From: a virus
Taxonomy: Duplodnaviria; Caudoviricetes
Direction: 5' to 3' (one strand)
Virus record (IMG/VR): IMGVR_UViG_3300037876_000121
Span: 1 to 29,224 of that record
Length of the DNA stretch: 29,224 bases
Part shown: piece after piece, positions 8,201 through 15,970 of the stretch
How positions within the stretch are numbered: position 1 is the stretch's first letter
Layout of the letters: each line of letters opens with the position of its first letter
Notes under the pieces: generated by a model
Databases searched by the model: none
What the model was told of the DNA's origin: nothing
Seen by the model: the letters and a program-made list of their open reading frames with translations, nothing else
Translations under genes and position numbers: made by a program

Positions 8201-8949
8201 GTAAGAATGCAAATGGTACAGGTTCTTACAACAGTTCTTCAACAAAAATTCAAGTGTATACCAACTCGTTACTCACTTTAGATAACGAAGCGGGTGGTAT
8301 CACTGTATCAGATTCTCTCGGCGCCGGCTTTGATGACGACGCTGTAAGGATAAGTGGATTTGGATCCCTGTCAAGTGACACACCGGCATTGTTCGATTCT
8401 TCAAATGCCAACTACTACACAGACTCAGCATGGTCGGGTGCAGTCACAGTGGCGGGGACCAATGAAGCAATATCAAGATTTGGAACGATCACACACTTCA
8501 CAACAGACTTGAGTTCGGGATACCTACCTGTAGGGCCTGACTTGAACACAGGTAGAGATGGCGGAGAGGCACAGTACTACACATTCGCTTTCAGGAGGAC
8601 GACAATGGCCAACTTCAACTTGACCATGTCAGGTAAAGTTTCAGGAATGTTCATAGCCGCACCGGGCACAGCCATAGATAGTTCCTCTGGCTTGAACGGG
8701 TGGTTAGATTGTTCTTCAACGTATGGTGGTTCAGGTATTCCAGGATCAGACACAGGCAACGGTGGTAACGGATCCAACGGTTGTGCTTTCAACTCTGGAG
8801 ACAGGGTCGTGGACAACACTACATACAGTGGACAGGAATTCACGTTCACACTGGGTACAGAGAATGCGACCAACGCCACAGGTAATGTGATATTGGTTAG
8901 AATAAAATTAAATTCAGGAGACAGTGTTACAGCACTGGCAATAGACTAA
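5281..8949 (+). CDS. Large virion fibre/adhesin protein with PKD/Ig-like domains (1222 aa)
   Basis: N-terminal MAI..I.G..L.SNL.R module shared with 10948 and 15971. PKD-like motifs FDITWGDGNTETV...PTHQY, FDVDWGDGS...SHTY and YTWNFDEG; very Ser/Thr-rich. Confidence 0.85.
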   Translation: MAINKIAGETLESNLIRSTDLSFNDTLLHLDVSNGRIGIGTASPGNFKLDVTGNARISGNQTITGDLVVQGTTTTIDSQNLVVEDNIITINENASGATDAGIMINRTAENNALFIWDETADKFRFGTTTQDGSTVTDYSNLTLANVQVATPSANDDAATKAYVDNEIGGIPSSDGAGTNLGTPEDSTFGDGSFTQLTSTTKVTDAIDSLNETMENIRNNTYVKSVDFTASDQTISSGVTITLNITAVGNATRFDITWGDGNTETVSTTSPTHQYNNTGLQTVTVRAYNNTAAVSGSAGSEATTTKANHIAIATAAPVVQFEMYAASSGGSAITKTDNGATVYLQNNTTNTASTNTFDVDWGDGSENTIANNTAAGGQGGARLSHTYTNSAGDDGSTVAGTGTGDTKYAIKLRLLTHPTADSSTFPQTATNNFEVYSTHTPLYSTANSTIRGINEESTSGFAVTFTNDTTTNPGANSSFSATQQYTWNFDEGSTTAVAVGSGSSGDTGNTINNTFNLSGSQQSNGTTVTYNTTLSLATGHTSTPFTTGLNIIVEPDVRANIAGTAVTVNTGSGDNSLSLYDVVDLDGTDRAIARFTNTSQNADNYEYDFFDDSSSIVTVGEDGSTAGTIGATLDKDYSGTSAGNINFRFRASGTPDTFFQDDEETITFAMKSTPSAPNGLSSFSLALSDSAQGTSPKLCASFTDNTSTADTLAAGTSLSSSTARRYTSTSTIDTTVMNGFLVNDANGTGSTVNQTVTASINASASGARTFTTSEGGSNNGTFTKLITSDHKDYDTVNSAYPQRLYLVADAKITQDLADYSVGLSAQRLESSAGGNTGYVHVLRDDITATPTTAIGTVAQGTAGTQRYVSGIPYYNSGSPTVTVTGTTIANFTGQAYQDTTSPHEVDNDTNQESTSGDVITDSNFTYAQVDGASTMLSSSVPVTDTGVASAYTIGAVTVPITSSSVRSIKTIKARSKNANGTGSYNSSSTKIQVYTNSLLTLDNEAGGITVSDSLGAGFDDDAVRISGFGSLSSDTPALFDSSNANYYTDSAWSGAVTVAGTNEAISRFGTITHFTTDLSSGYLPVGPDLNTGRDGGEAQYYTFAFRRTTMANFNLTMSGKVSGMFIAAPGTAIDSSSGLNGWLDCSSTYGGSGIPGSDTGNGGNGSNGCAFNSGDRVVDNTTYSGQEFTFTLGTENATNATGNVILVRIKLNSGDSVTALAID

Positions 8950-9965
8950 TGGCAATAACTGATGCAAAAAAAGTAGATTATCTTTGGAAAAAGGTTGGTT
9001 ACGGTGCCACGAAGACAGACACCAACGCGGCCAAGAAAGCACCCAACGAAGCCATAGCATCACCTTTACTATTAAGGGGTGATAAAGTTTGGAACCAGGC
9101 AAGTCTTATCCCTGCTACAATGCCGGGATCAACCACAGGAGTTACAACAGTCTATCCAACAGGTACACCAGATGAGACAACAGCAGACGGAACATCAACT
9201 ACGAACAGGACTTGGAAGACAGGGTTGACTGATTGGATTCCGCCAGAGTTTGGTTCAACATATCAAGTAAAAGTTTACATACACACCGCAAGTGACGCCG
9301 GCAATGCCGCTTCAGGTGGTGATCAAGTTTTTGCCACAGGTTCGGGTAACAACGACGAATGGTTCTTTGACTACCAGTCTGGCGTGTTACACTTTATTGG
9401 TGCAAACTTACCCAATGGTATAAGTTTCACAGGCAAATCAGTTTACATATCGGGTGCAAGATACTCTGGAACTTTAGGATTGCAAAATTTCAGCACAGCA
9501 TCAACTGGTGACATTACATTTACAGGGTCAACAATAAGTGCGCCATCAAACGCAGACATGACGTTTGACAATTCAGGAACAGGCGGCTACATATTTGAGG
9601 GCACCACAAGTGTTACACTACCAAAAGGCAACACAGCACAAAGGCCAACAGCAGAAGAAGGTGTAATTAGATTTAACACAGAGACCGGCAAGTACGAGGT
9701 ATCACAGGATGGTTCAACTTACACAAATCTAAGAACTGATGTCGATGCCGGCACAGTTACCAAAGATATATTCTCAGGTGATGGTTCAACACAACAGTTT
9801 ACAATGAGCATTACACCATCTGACGAAAACACTATAGTCGTCTATGTGGACGGGGTCATGCAGGAACCGGATCAGAACTATTCTATATCAGGCACTACCA
9901 TAGACTTTGGTGAGGCCGCACACGCCGGCGCCAGGATATCTGTGTTACACGGATTTGCTGATTAA
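8949..9965 (+). CDS. Virion structural protein (338 aa)
   Basis: TAATG overlap with the upstream gene (translational coupling). C-terminal LPKGNTAQRP...IRFNT and GDGSTQQF...VYVDGVMQEP..NYS modules. Confidence 0.85.
   Translation: MAITDAKKVDYLWKKVGYGATKTDTNAAKKAPNEAIASPLLLRGDKVWNQASLIPATMPGSTTGVTTVYPTGTPDETTADGTSTTNRTWKTGLTDWIPPEFGSTYQVKVYIHTASDAGNAASGGDQVFATGSGNNDEWFFDYQSGVLHFIGANLPNGISFTGKSVYISGARYSGTLGLQNFSTASTGDITFTGSTISAPSNADMTFDNSGTGGYIFEGTTSVTLPKGNTAQRPTAEEGVIRFNTETGKYEVSQDGSTYTNLRTDVDAGTVTKDIFSGDGSTQQFTMSITPSDENTIVVYVDGVMQEPDQNYSISGTTIDFGEAAHAGARISVLHGFAD
9537..9601 (+). repeat. 65-nt dispersed repeat, copy 1 (copy 2 at 16781-16845)
   Basis: 60/65 identical by eye, including the exact 29-mer CCATCAAACGCAGACATGACGTTTGACAA. 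Encodes SAPSNADMTFDNSGTGGYIFEG in both genes. Confidence 0.9.
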
Positions 9966-10327
9966 TCTATTGTGACACCTGTTGGTGTGTACACTATCTC
10001 AAATGTCTGTAGTTGACTTGTTATGGGATTCATTACAGAAAGTTCAGGTTGCACTTCCCACTCAAACTCCGGTTGACGTATTATAAAATCATAACAATCC
10101 TGTCCAGACTCAAACCATAATCTCACGCCTGACATCATGTATGTTGCGTCTACTTGATAGTGTTTCCTGCAAACCAGTCTGAGGACATTTTCAACTTTTA
10201 TCCGAAACTTGTTCATCTGGTCAACAAGATCTGGCCTATCTTTCAGTATCTCCACACTACGGTTACGGCACATGGCAGGCCACATCAGTTTGACACTGTA
10301 TTTGTATACTATTGCTTTATCCTGCAT
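9962..10327 (-). CDS. Hypothetical protein (121 aa)
   Basis: ORF fills the gap, overlaps the upstream minus-strand gene by 11 nt, and shares a TTAA stop with the convergent gene. Confidence 0.7.
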   Translation of the reverse strand: MQDKAIVYKYSVKLMWPAMCRNRSVEILKDRPDLVDQMNKFRIKVENVLRLVCRKHYQVDATYMMSGVRLWFESGQDCYDFIIRQPEFEWEVQPELSVMNPITSQLQTFEIVYTPTGVTID

Positions 10328-10856
10328 TGTCGATCAACTCCTGGAATTTTATAAAATTGTCACAGAACCCATTGTCGAGGTCGTCCAATTGATATGTCCT
10401 CGGTGGATCACATATGTACATGAACTTGGTTGTGGGATTTGCCAACATAATACTCTTCAATCTTGTCAATTCTGTAGGATTTGATATATCATACCCCACC
10501 AAGAACACCATGGTCTGCCTCAGATACACTGCCAACATCAAGCTCAAGGTCTGTGTAGAACATTTCTCAGGATCAATGTCGTAACTTTTCAACCCAGGGA
10601 AGTCTGGCAGACACGTCACGCCATCGAAAAACACATATTTCTTGAAAAGTTGTTCCGGGGCCAACAGTTCTGTGTTACGAAAATTGGCAGAATTGAGGAT
10701 ATCTTGCAGTGTCATTTCAGTGTTTACTGTAGCATAATCAAACTCCATGCTTTTATTAGAATTGGCAGATGCGATAACAGGTCCCAACTTCTTAGCCTGA
10801 TCTATATCGAACCTAACGGGTAGGTTTCCAATCACTGTTATGTACGCACTTTTCAT
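10317..10856 (-). CDS. Hypothetical protein, possibly a degenerate Rossmann-like (GT29/Maf-like) fold (179 aa)
   Basis: ITVIGN at the N-terminus and VFLVGYD later echo the 'VIGNG.SR ... IYLIGFD' pattern recalled from T4-like phage proteins. Own TAAATA 9 nt upstream. The fold call is weak. Confidence 0.6.
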   Translation of the reverse strand: MKSAYITVIGNLPVRFDIDQAKKLGPVIASANSNKSMEFDYATVNTEMTLQDILNSANFRNTELLAPEQLFKKYVFFDGVTCLPDFPGLKSYDIDPEKCSTQTLSLMLAVYLRQTMVFLVGYDISNPTELTRLKSIMLANPTTKFMYICDPPRTYQLDDLDNGFCDNFIKFQELIDNAG

Positions 10857-10865
10857 GTCTTACGG

Positions 10866-10902
10866 TATTTAACTCCTTCATAATCGCTGTTTTAAATAAA
10901 TA
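10866..10902. promoter_or_regulatory. Back-to-back late promoter cores
   Basis: TATTTA 10866-10871 (minus) and overlapping TAAATAAATA 10893-10902 (plus). SD AAGGGGA before ATG 10948. Confidence 0.75.
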
Positions 10903-10947
10903 CCTACAGTTTTGCAAGACAACAATTATCGATAAGGGGATATTACA

Positions 10948-13131
10948 ATGGCAATAGGACGAATAACAGGACAGATGTTATCTACCAACCTGGCAAGATC
11001 AGGTACAGATTTAACATTCGAGACAAATTTATTAGCGTTAGATGTAACTAATAGCAGAGTGGGTATTGGAACGGCTTCGCCGGCAACAACACTACACATA
11101 TCTGCCACAGATGCACTAAGATTACCATCAGGTACATCAGCACAGAGACCGGGCTCAGCGGCCAATGGTGACATCAGGTACAACAGTACGACTTCACAGT
11201 TGGAAGGTTATGCGGGTGCTTGGAAAAACTTGGCATCAGGTACAACAATTCAAGACACTGACGGAAATACACAAATCCAAGTAGAAGAAAGTTCAGACGA
11301 AGACATAATTAGATTTGATATAGCAGGAACTGAAAGAGCAAAGATCGAAGCGGCATCAATGACGCTTGGAGTAACTACCCTTTCAACAACTGCTTCAACT
11401 TTAACAGGTACAGTAAGTAACGGTGACATCCAAATCACTCCAAACGGAACAGGTTCAGTTGTTATTCCAAAAGCAGACATCAATGGCGGTGCCATTGATG
11501 CAGTAACGATCGGATCAAACTCAGCGGCAACGGCACTAGTTGTCAGTGGCGGCGTTAACATCGATGACGGTGGAGACGGTGCTATTGATGGTTGTGTGAT
11601 CGGAGCGGCTACGGCGGCGGCAGGATCATTCACAACTGTTGCGGCAAGTTCAAACTTGACAGTTGGCGGTAACGCTACTGTGACAGGTAACTTGACAGTA
11701 AACGGTTCAACAACAACTATCGATTCAACAACATTAACTATTGAAGATCCGATGATCACTTTAGCGAAGAACAACTCAGGTGGAGATGCTAACACATTTG
11801 ACCAAGGTCTATTCTTCAACAGGGGTTCATTGGCTAACGTTTCATTCTTATGGGACGAATCAACAGACCAATTTGCGATGGCAGTTACATCAGGAGAAGA
11901 TGGAACTACAGCAGGTAACGTAACAATCGACAGTTACGCGGCGATCAGAGCAGGTGTTACTACTGTTTCAGACTTAGAAACAGGATCAATATCATCAGCA
12001 GATGGTACGGCATCGGCGACTATTGCTAACTCAGGTGGAGTTATGACAATTGGAAGTTCGGTTTTGACTACTACAGACATAAACGGTGGTTCAGTTGATG
12101 GTGCTACAATTGGTGCGGCAAGTGCCAGTACTGGTGTTTTCACAACATTGACTGCGGCGAACACGCAAACTGGTACAGTTAAAGCGAATGACGGAACAGC
12201 GGCTATAACGGTTGCTGACTCAACAGGTGCAGTTAAAATCACAACTGCTTTTGAAGTTGACGGTGGAGGTTTCATCTTCAACGAGAGTTCAGCGTCAGTA
12301 GATGCTAGATTTGAATCAAATGGACACGCTCACGCATTGTTCATTGATGGTTCTGAGGATCACGTTGGTATCAAGACTGCCACTCCGGCATATGACTTAG
12401 ACATTTCAGGTTCAACTGATGCACTAAGATTGCCGAATGGATCAACAGGTCAGAGACCAACTGGTGCATTAGGTCTCATCAGATTCAACACAACGACTGG
12501 AAAATACGAGGGTTGTCAGGATGGTTCAACTTACGTAGACTTTGCGACGGCCGGTGATGCACCGACTTTCACTAAAGAATCAGCAACAGGTGATGGATCA
12601 ACTACCACGTTCACTGGTTTCTTCAGCTCTGCTCCAGAATCAGCGAACAACGTTTTCGTTTACATCGACAACGTGTTCCAAGAGCCAACTGAAAACTACA
12701 GTGTATCAAGCACTAACATCACATTCACTTCTGCCCCACACAGTGCGGCAAGAATTTTTGCGATCACAGGTGCTGATAACAGTTCATTGGTCACAGGTGG
12801 TGTTGCTAGAACAGAGACAAGTTCAGTTAACTTTACATCAAGTGCTACAACTATTATGAGTTTCAACGCTTCAACATACAGAAGTGCTGAGATATTCATA
12901 CAGTTGACGGACACTGCTAACACAGAGTACGCGGCGTTGAAAGGTGTTGTAACACACAATGGTACGACTGCGTTTATCTCACTGTTCGGTGTAACGAACA
13001 CAGCAGGTGAAGGTTCGGACATGGCGACAATTACAGCGACGCATGACGGTTCAAGTACAGTGAACATTCAAGCAGTTAGTACAGGTGGCGTAACAGCGGC
13101 CAAGGTGCAATACTCACTTGTAACGGTCTAA
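10948..13131 (+). CDS. Fibre-like virion structural protein (727 aa)
   Basis: Shared N-terminal module; RVGIGTASP; two TDALRLP.G...QRP modules; INGG.IDG.TIG-type repeats; GDGSTTTF module; C-terminal TYRSAE...THNGTTAFI domain. Confidence 0.88.
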   Translation: MAIGRITGQMLSTNLARSGTDLTFETNLLALDVTNSRVGIGTASPATTLHISATDALRLPSGTSAQRPGSAANGDIRYNSTTSQLEGYAGAWKNLASGTTIQDTDGNTQIQVEESSDEDIIRFDIAGTERAKIEAASMTLGVTTLSTTASTLTGTVSNGDIQITPNGTGSVVIPKADINGGAIDAVTIGSNSAATALVVSGGVNIDDGGDGAIDGCVIGAATAAAGSFTTVAASSNLTVGGNATVTGNLTVNGSTTTIDSTTLTIEDPMITLAKNNSGGDANTFDQGLFFNRGSLANVSFLWDESTDQFAMAVTSGEDGTTAGNVTIDSYAAIRAGVTTVSDLETGSISSADGTASATIANSGGVMTIGSSVLTTTDINGGSVDGATIGAASASTGVFTTLTAANTQTGTVKANDGTAAITVADSTGAVKITTAFEVDGGGFIFNESSASVDARFESNGHAHALFIDGSEDHVGIKTATPAYDLDISGSTDALRLPNGSTGQRPTGALGLIRFNTTTGKYEGCQDGSTYVDFATAGDAPTFTKESATGDGSTTTFTGFFSSAPESANNVFVYIDNVFQEPTENYSVSSTNITFTSAPHSAARIFAITGADNSSLVTGGVARTETSSVNFTSSATTIMSFNASTYRSAEIFIQLTDTANTEYAALKGVVTHNGTTAFISLFGVTNTAGEGSDMATITATHDGSSTVNIQAVSTGGVTAAKVQYSLVTV

Positions 13132-13159
13132 GGCAAAACTTAACCTTAACGATAATTCT

Positions 13160-13200
13160 AAACGTCCCAATGGTAAATACTACTGTTGGGGCGTTTTTTT
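13160..13200 (+). terminator. Rho-independent terminator containing a TAAATA promoter core at its apex
   Basis: AAACGTCCCAA-tggTAAATActactg-TTGGGGCGTTT-TTTT; TAAATA at 13174-13179. Confidence 0.8.
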
Positions 13201-13247
13201 ACGGCTTGACTTTATATCAACATAACAATCATGAGGGATAATGAACC

Positions 13248-14426
13248 ATGACAACAAGAAACTTTAGAGTAAACAATGGTCTTTCGGTTGGTGATATTGT
13301 AATATCAGCAAGTGCTAATACCATAACAGGCGGAGCCACAGGCGCACCAAGTAGTGACGGTGACTTTGCAAACAAGAAATACGTCGACGACCAAAAAGAC
13401 ACATCGCTTACGTTAACAAACAAAACATTAACATCACCAGTATTGAACACAGGTGTAAGTGGTACAGCAATACTAGACGAAGACAACATGGCTACTAACA
13501 GTGCCACGCAATTGGCTACACAACAGTCGATCAAAGCATATGTTGACACTGAACTAGGTGCACTATCATCAACAACACTTACATCGGCAGACACGAACTC
13601 AACTTTCACTGTTACAAACACGGCTCAGACAGCAGTTGTAAACAGTGCTACACAGTTGACGATCACTCAAGGTACAGTGAGAGTACACGGAAACTTAACA
13701 GTAGATGGAACAGAGACTATTGTCAACACTGCAACACTATCAGTTGAAGACAACATCATTGAGGTTAACAGAAACGTATCTGCAAACTCAGGTATGCCTT
13801 CACTATCAGGAATGAAAGTAAACAGAGGTGAGGGTTCAACTGCAACAGAACAAGACCTTTATTGGGCTTGGGATGAAACATTCGCAGATGACGGAACAAC
13901 TATCCATGGAAACGCGGGTGGAGCCTGGACTGCTTTCAAAAGAGCACAAGGTGACTCATCTACTCCAGGAGCAGGTGACCTAGCAGACATCAGAGCAAAC
14001 GTGATACACGCACTATCAACTTCGGCACAATACGCGGACGTTGCCGAGCGTTTCGAAGCAGACGCTCCAATGACAGCAGGTGCAGTAGTAGAAGTAGGTG
14101 GATCAGCAGAAATCACAGAATCAACTTCAGAAATGTCTGAAAACGTTTTTGGTGTTATCTCTGACATGCCAGCATACGCCATGAACGCGGCGGCAGGTAA
14201 CAACGACTCACACCCATTCGTAGCAATGACAGGTAGAACACCGGTTAGAGTTACAGGTGCTGTGACAAAAGGTCAAAGACTTGTTACTTCAAGTGTTAAA
14301 GGTTGTGCTAGAGCAGTAGCGTCAGGTGAGTCAATCTCTCCTTTCAACGTTATTGGTAGAGCATTAGAGAGCTCAACAGACGCAGGTATCAAATTGGTAA
14401 ACTGTGCAGTGAGAACTAACAACTAA
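13248..14426 (+). CDS. Fibre/spike protein with C-terminal peptidase-G2-like intramolecular chaperone domain (392 aa)
   Basis: SD GAGGGA. Fibre motifs ANKKYVDD, LTNKTLTSP, ATQQSIKAYVD. C-terminal AQYADVAERFEAD...GAVVEVGG...VFGVIS...VAMTGRTPVRVTG.V.KGQRLVTS resembles the ADxAE autocleavage domain. Confidence 0.8.
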   Translation: MTTRNFRVNNGLSVGDIVISASANTITGGATGAPSSDGDFANKKYVDDQKDTSLTLTNKTLTSPVLNTGVSGTAILDEDNMATNSATQLATQQSIKAYVDTELGALSSTTLTSADTNSTFTVTNTAQTAVVNSATQLTITQGTVRVHGNLTVDGTETIVNTATLSVEDNIIEVNRNVSANSGMPSLSGMKVNRGEGSTATEQDLYWAWDETFADDGTTIHGNAGGAWTAFKRAQGDSSTPGAGDLADIRANVIHALSTSAQYADVAERFEADAPMTAGAVVEVGGSAEITESTSEMSENVFGVISDMPAYAMNAAAGNNDSHPFVAMTGRTPVRVTGAVTKGQRLVTSSVKGCARAVASGESISPFNVIGRALESSTDAGIKLVNCAVRTNN

Positions 14427-14454
14427 TAAATAATTTTACTTTTTAGTAGAACAC

Positions 14455-14486
14455 AAAGGGCGGTGGCAACATCGCCCTTTTTTTTT
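14455..14486 (+). terminator. Rho-independent terminator
   Basis: AAAGGGCGGTG-GCAA-CATCGCCCTTT followed by a T tract; GNRA loop. Confidence 0.92.
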
Positions 14487-14492
14487 GCACGA

Positions 14493-14498
14493 TAAATA
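14493..14498 (+). promoter_or_regulatory. Late promoter core TAAATA
   Basis: GATAAATA, 10 nt before ATG 14509, no SD. Confidence 0.7.
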
Positions 14499-14508
14499 TT
14501 GGTACATT

Positions 14509-15111
14509 ATGCCACACAGTAAAAAAGCCGGAAAAGCAATCATAGTAGAGTGGGTTGAACAACTTAAAGCAGAAAATAAACTTGTCCATAAAGCGGCAAT
14601 GGATATTGGTCCAGGCGAAGGCGCATATCTAAATTGGCTCAAACACAAATATCAACCAGGCGGTGACAAGCACGAAACACTGAAACAGAATTGGTTGATC
14701 AACAGTGGTCCTTTAGCAGACAGTAAATGGACTGGTGTTGAGATATGGGCACCATATGTAGACGAGTTCAATCTCAGAGATAGGTACGACACAATCTTGA
14801 TTGAGGATGTACGTAAATTAAATTACTTAGAAATTGGCAAATTTGATGTCACCATAGCCGGAGACGTATTGGAACACATGACCAAGCAAGATGCCATAGA
14901 CGTAGTAAAAAATATCTTGGAAGTATCAACATACCTTTTCATCAGCATTCCAATCATACACTACCCACAAGGCGAGTCGCATGGTAACCCATACGAGGCA
15001 CATGTCAAAGATGATTGGAGCCATAAAGAAATGATGGGAACCTTCCCACAGATTATCAAACACAATGCCGGTAGACGTGTTGGCGTCTATATGCTAACAA
15101 AACAAAAATGA
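14509..15111 (+). CDS. Class I SAM-dependent methyltransferase (200 aa)
   Basis: Motif I MDIGPGEG, motif II WTGVEIW, EDVR, FDVTIAGDVLEHM. Start moved from the track TTG 14485 (inside the terminator) to ATG 14509. Confidence 0.85.
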   Translation: MPHSKKAGKAIIVEWVEQLKAENKLVHKAAMDIGPGEGAYLNWLKHKYQPGGDKHETLKQNWLINSGPLADSKWTGVEIWAPYVDEFNLRDRYDTILIEDVRKLNYLEIGKFDVTIAGDVLEHMTKQDAIDVVKNILEVSTYLFISIPIIHYPQGESHGNPYEAHVKDDWSHKEMMGTFPQIIKHNAGRRVGVYMLTKQK

Positions 15112-15881
15112 CCAAAAGATTAGTGGTATCAGGTTGCAGTTATGGAACTGTATATTCAGACATTTCTCAGGAACTGAAGGAACTTTTCGGGGTAGATGAA
15201 ATAATAAATCTATCAAATCTAGGAGGTTCGCCTGACCGTCAAATGAGGGTAGTAATAGAATGGATAGCACAGAACGGAAAACCAGACATGGTGATAATGC
15301 CTGTGAGTTATGCTTATAGATTTGATTTACCCATAGCGGAAAAACTGGATCCATTACACAACAAACACTACAGGTGTGTTTGGCACATGAATATAGGAAA
15401 AAATGTTGGCACTGCCAAACCCATGGATAAAAAATATGTACCAACACTTCAAAATTATCTCAAAGCAGGTGCTATTATACATGAAAACGAGTATCCTGCA
15501 CATGACAACCTGTTTACGAGATTGTTGACATTCCAAGCATATCTTGAATTACACAAAATAAGGCATCTAATTTTTGACACTGGCAATTACTACTCTGCCA
15601 CTTTAAAGGAAAATCAACCCGGAATGCAAAAAAAGGCACTAGTTGAAAAGTGCAAAGGCATTTATAAGTTTTTCACATTCTGCTCCAACGTTTGGATGTA
15701 TGAACAACTGTCGGAACAGGAAAAAATTGCCTACGTGCCATGGTACAAACCACAGAGAAATAAGCCAATAGGCAAGGTAATACCTCTCACAGAAGCGGCC
15801 ATCCTACACCACAACAAACATGAAGTGATCAAATTACTGCGGTATCTCAAAGATCAGGGCGCCGTATACGGTGGCACGTAA
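15108..15881 (+). CDS. SGNH-hydrolase-like protein, GCS variant (257 aa)
   Basis: LVVSGCSY (block I-like), INLSNLGGSPDRQMR (block II-like), PDMVIM...RFD, late LHHN. ATGA overlap with the methyltransferase. Confidence 0.65.
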   Translation: MTKRLVVSGCSYGTVYSDISQELKELFGVDEIINLSNLGGSPDRQMRVVIEWIAQNGKPDMVIMPVSYAYRFDLPIAEKLDPLHNKHYRCVWHMNIGKNVGTAKPMDKKYVPTLQNYLKAGAIIHENEYPAHDNLFTRLLTFQAYLELHKIRHLIFDTGNYYSATLKENQPGMQKKALVEKCKGIYKFFTFCSNVWMYEQLSEQEKIAYVPWYKPQRNKPIGKVIPLTEAAILHHNKHEVIKLLRYLKDQGAVYGGT

Positions 15882-15970
15882 TAAATACTAGCACTGCTGT
15901 CAGTCGGCAATGATAAAGAGACTGTGTATGGCATATGCTGTACTAACATTATTATAAGGAGTACCCTAGT
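15882..15970 (+). promoter_or_regulatory. Late promoter core, ~80-nt leader with irregular hairpin, and SD
   Basis: TAAATA 15882-15887. Pairings TAGCA/TGCTG, TGCTGT/ATGGCA and CAGTC/GACTG across 15889-15940. AAGGAG before ATG 15971. Confidence 0.6.

Noticed and set aside
13206-13235. sigma70 promoter from TTGACT
   Set aside because: No acceptable -10 hexamer at 16-18 nt spacing.
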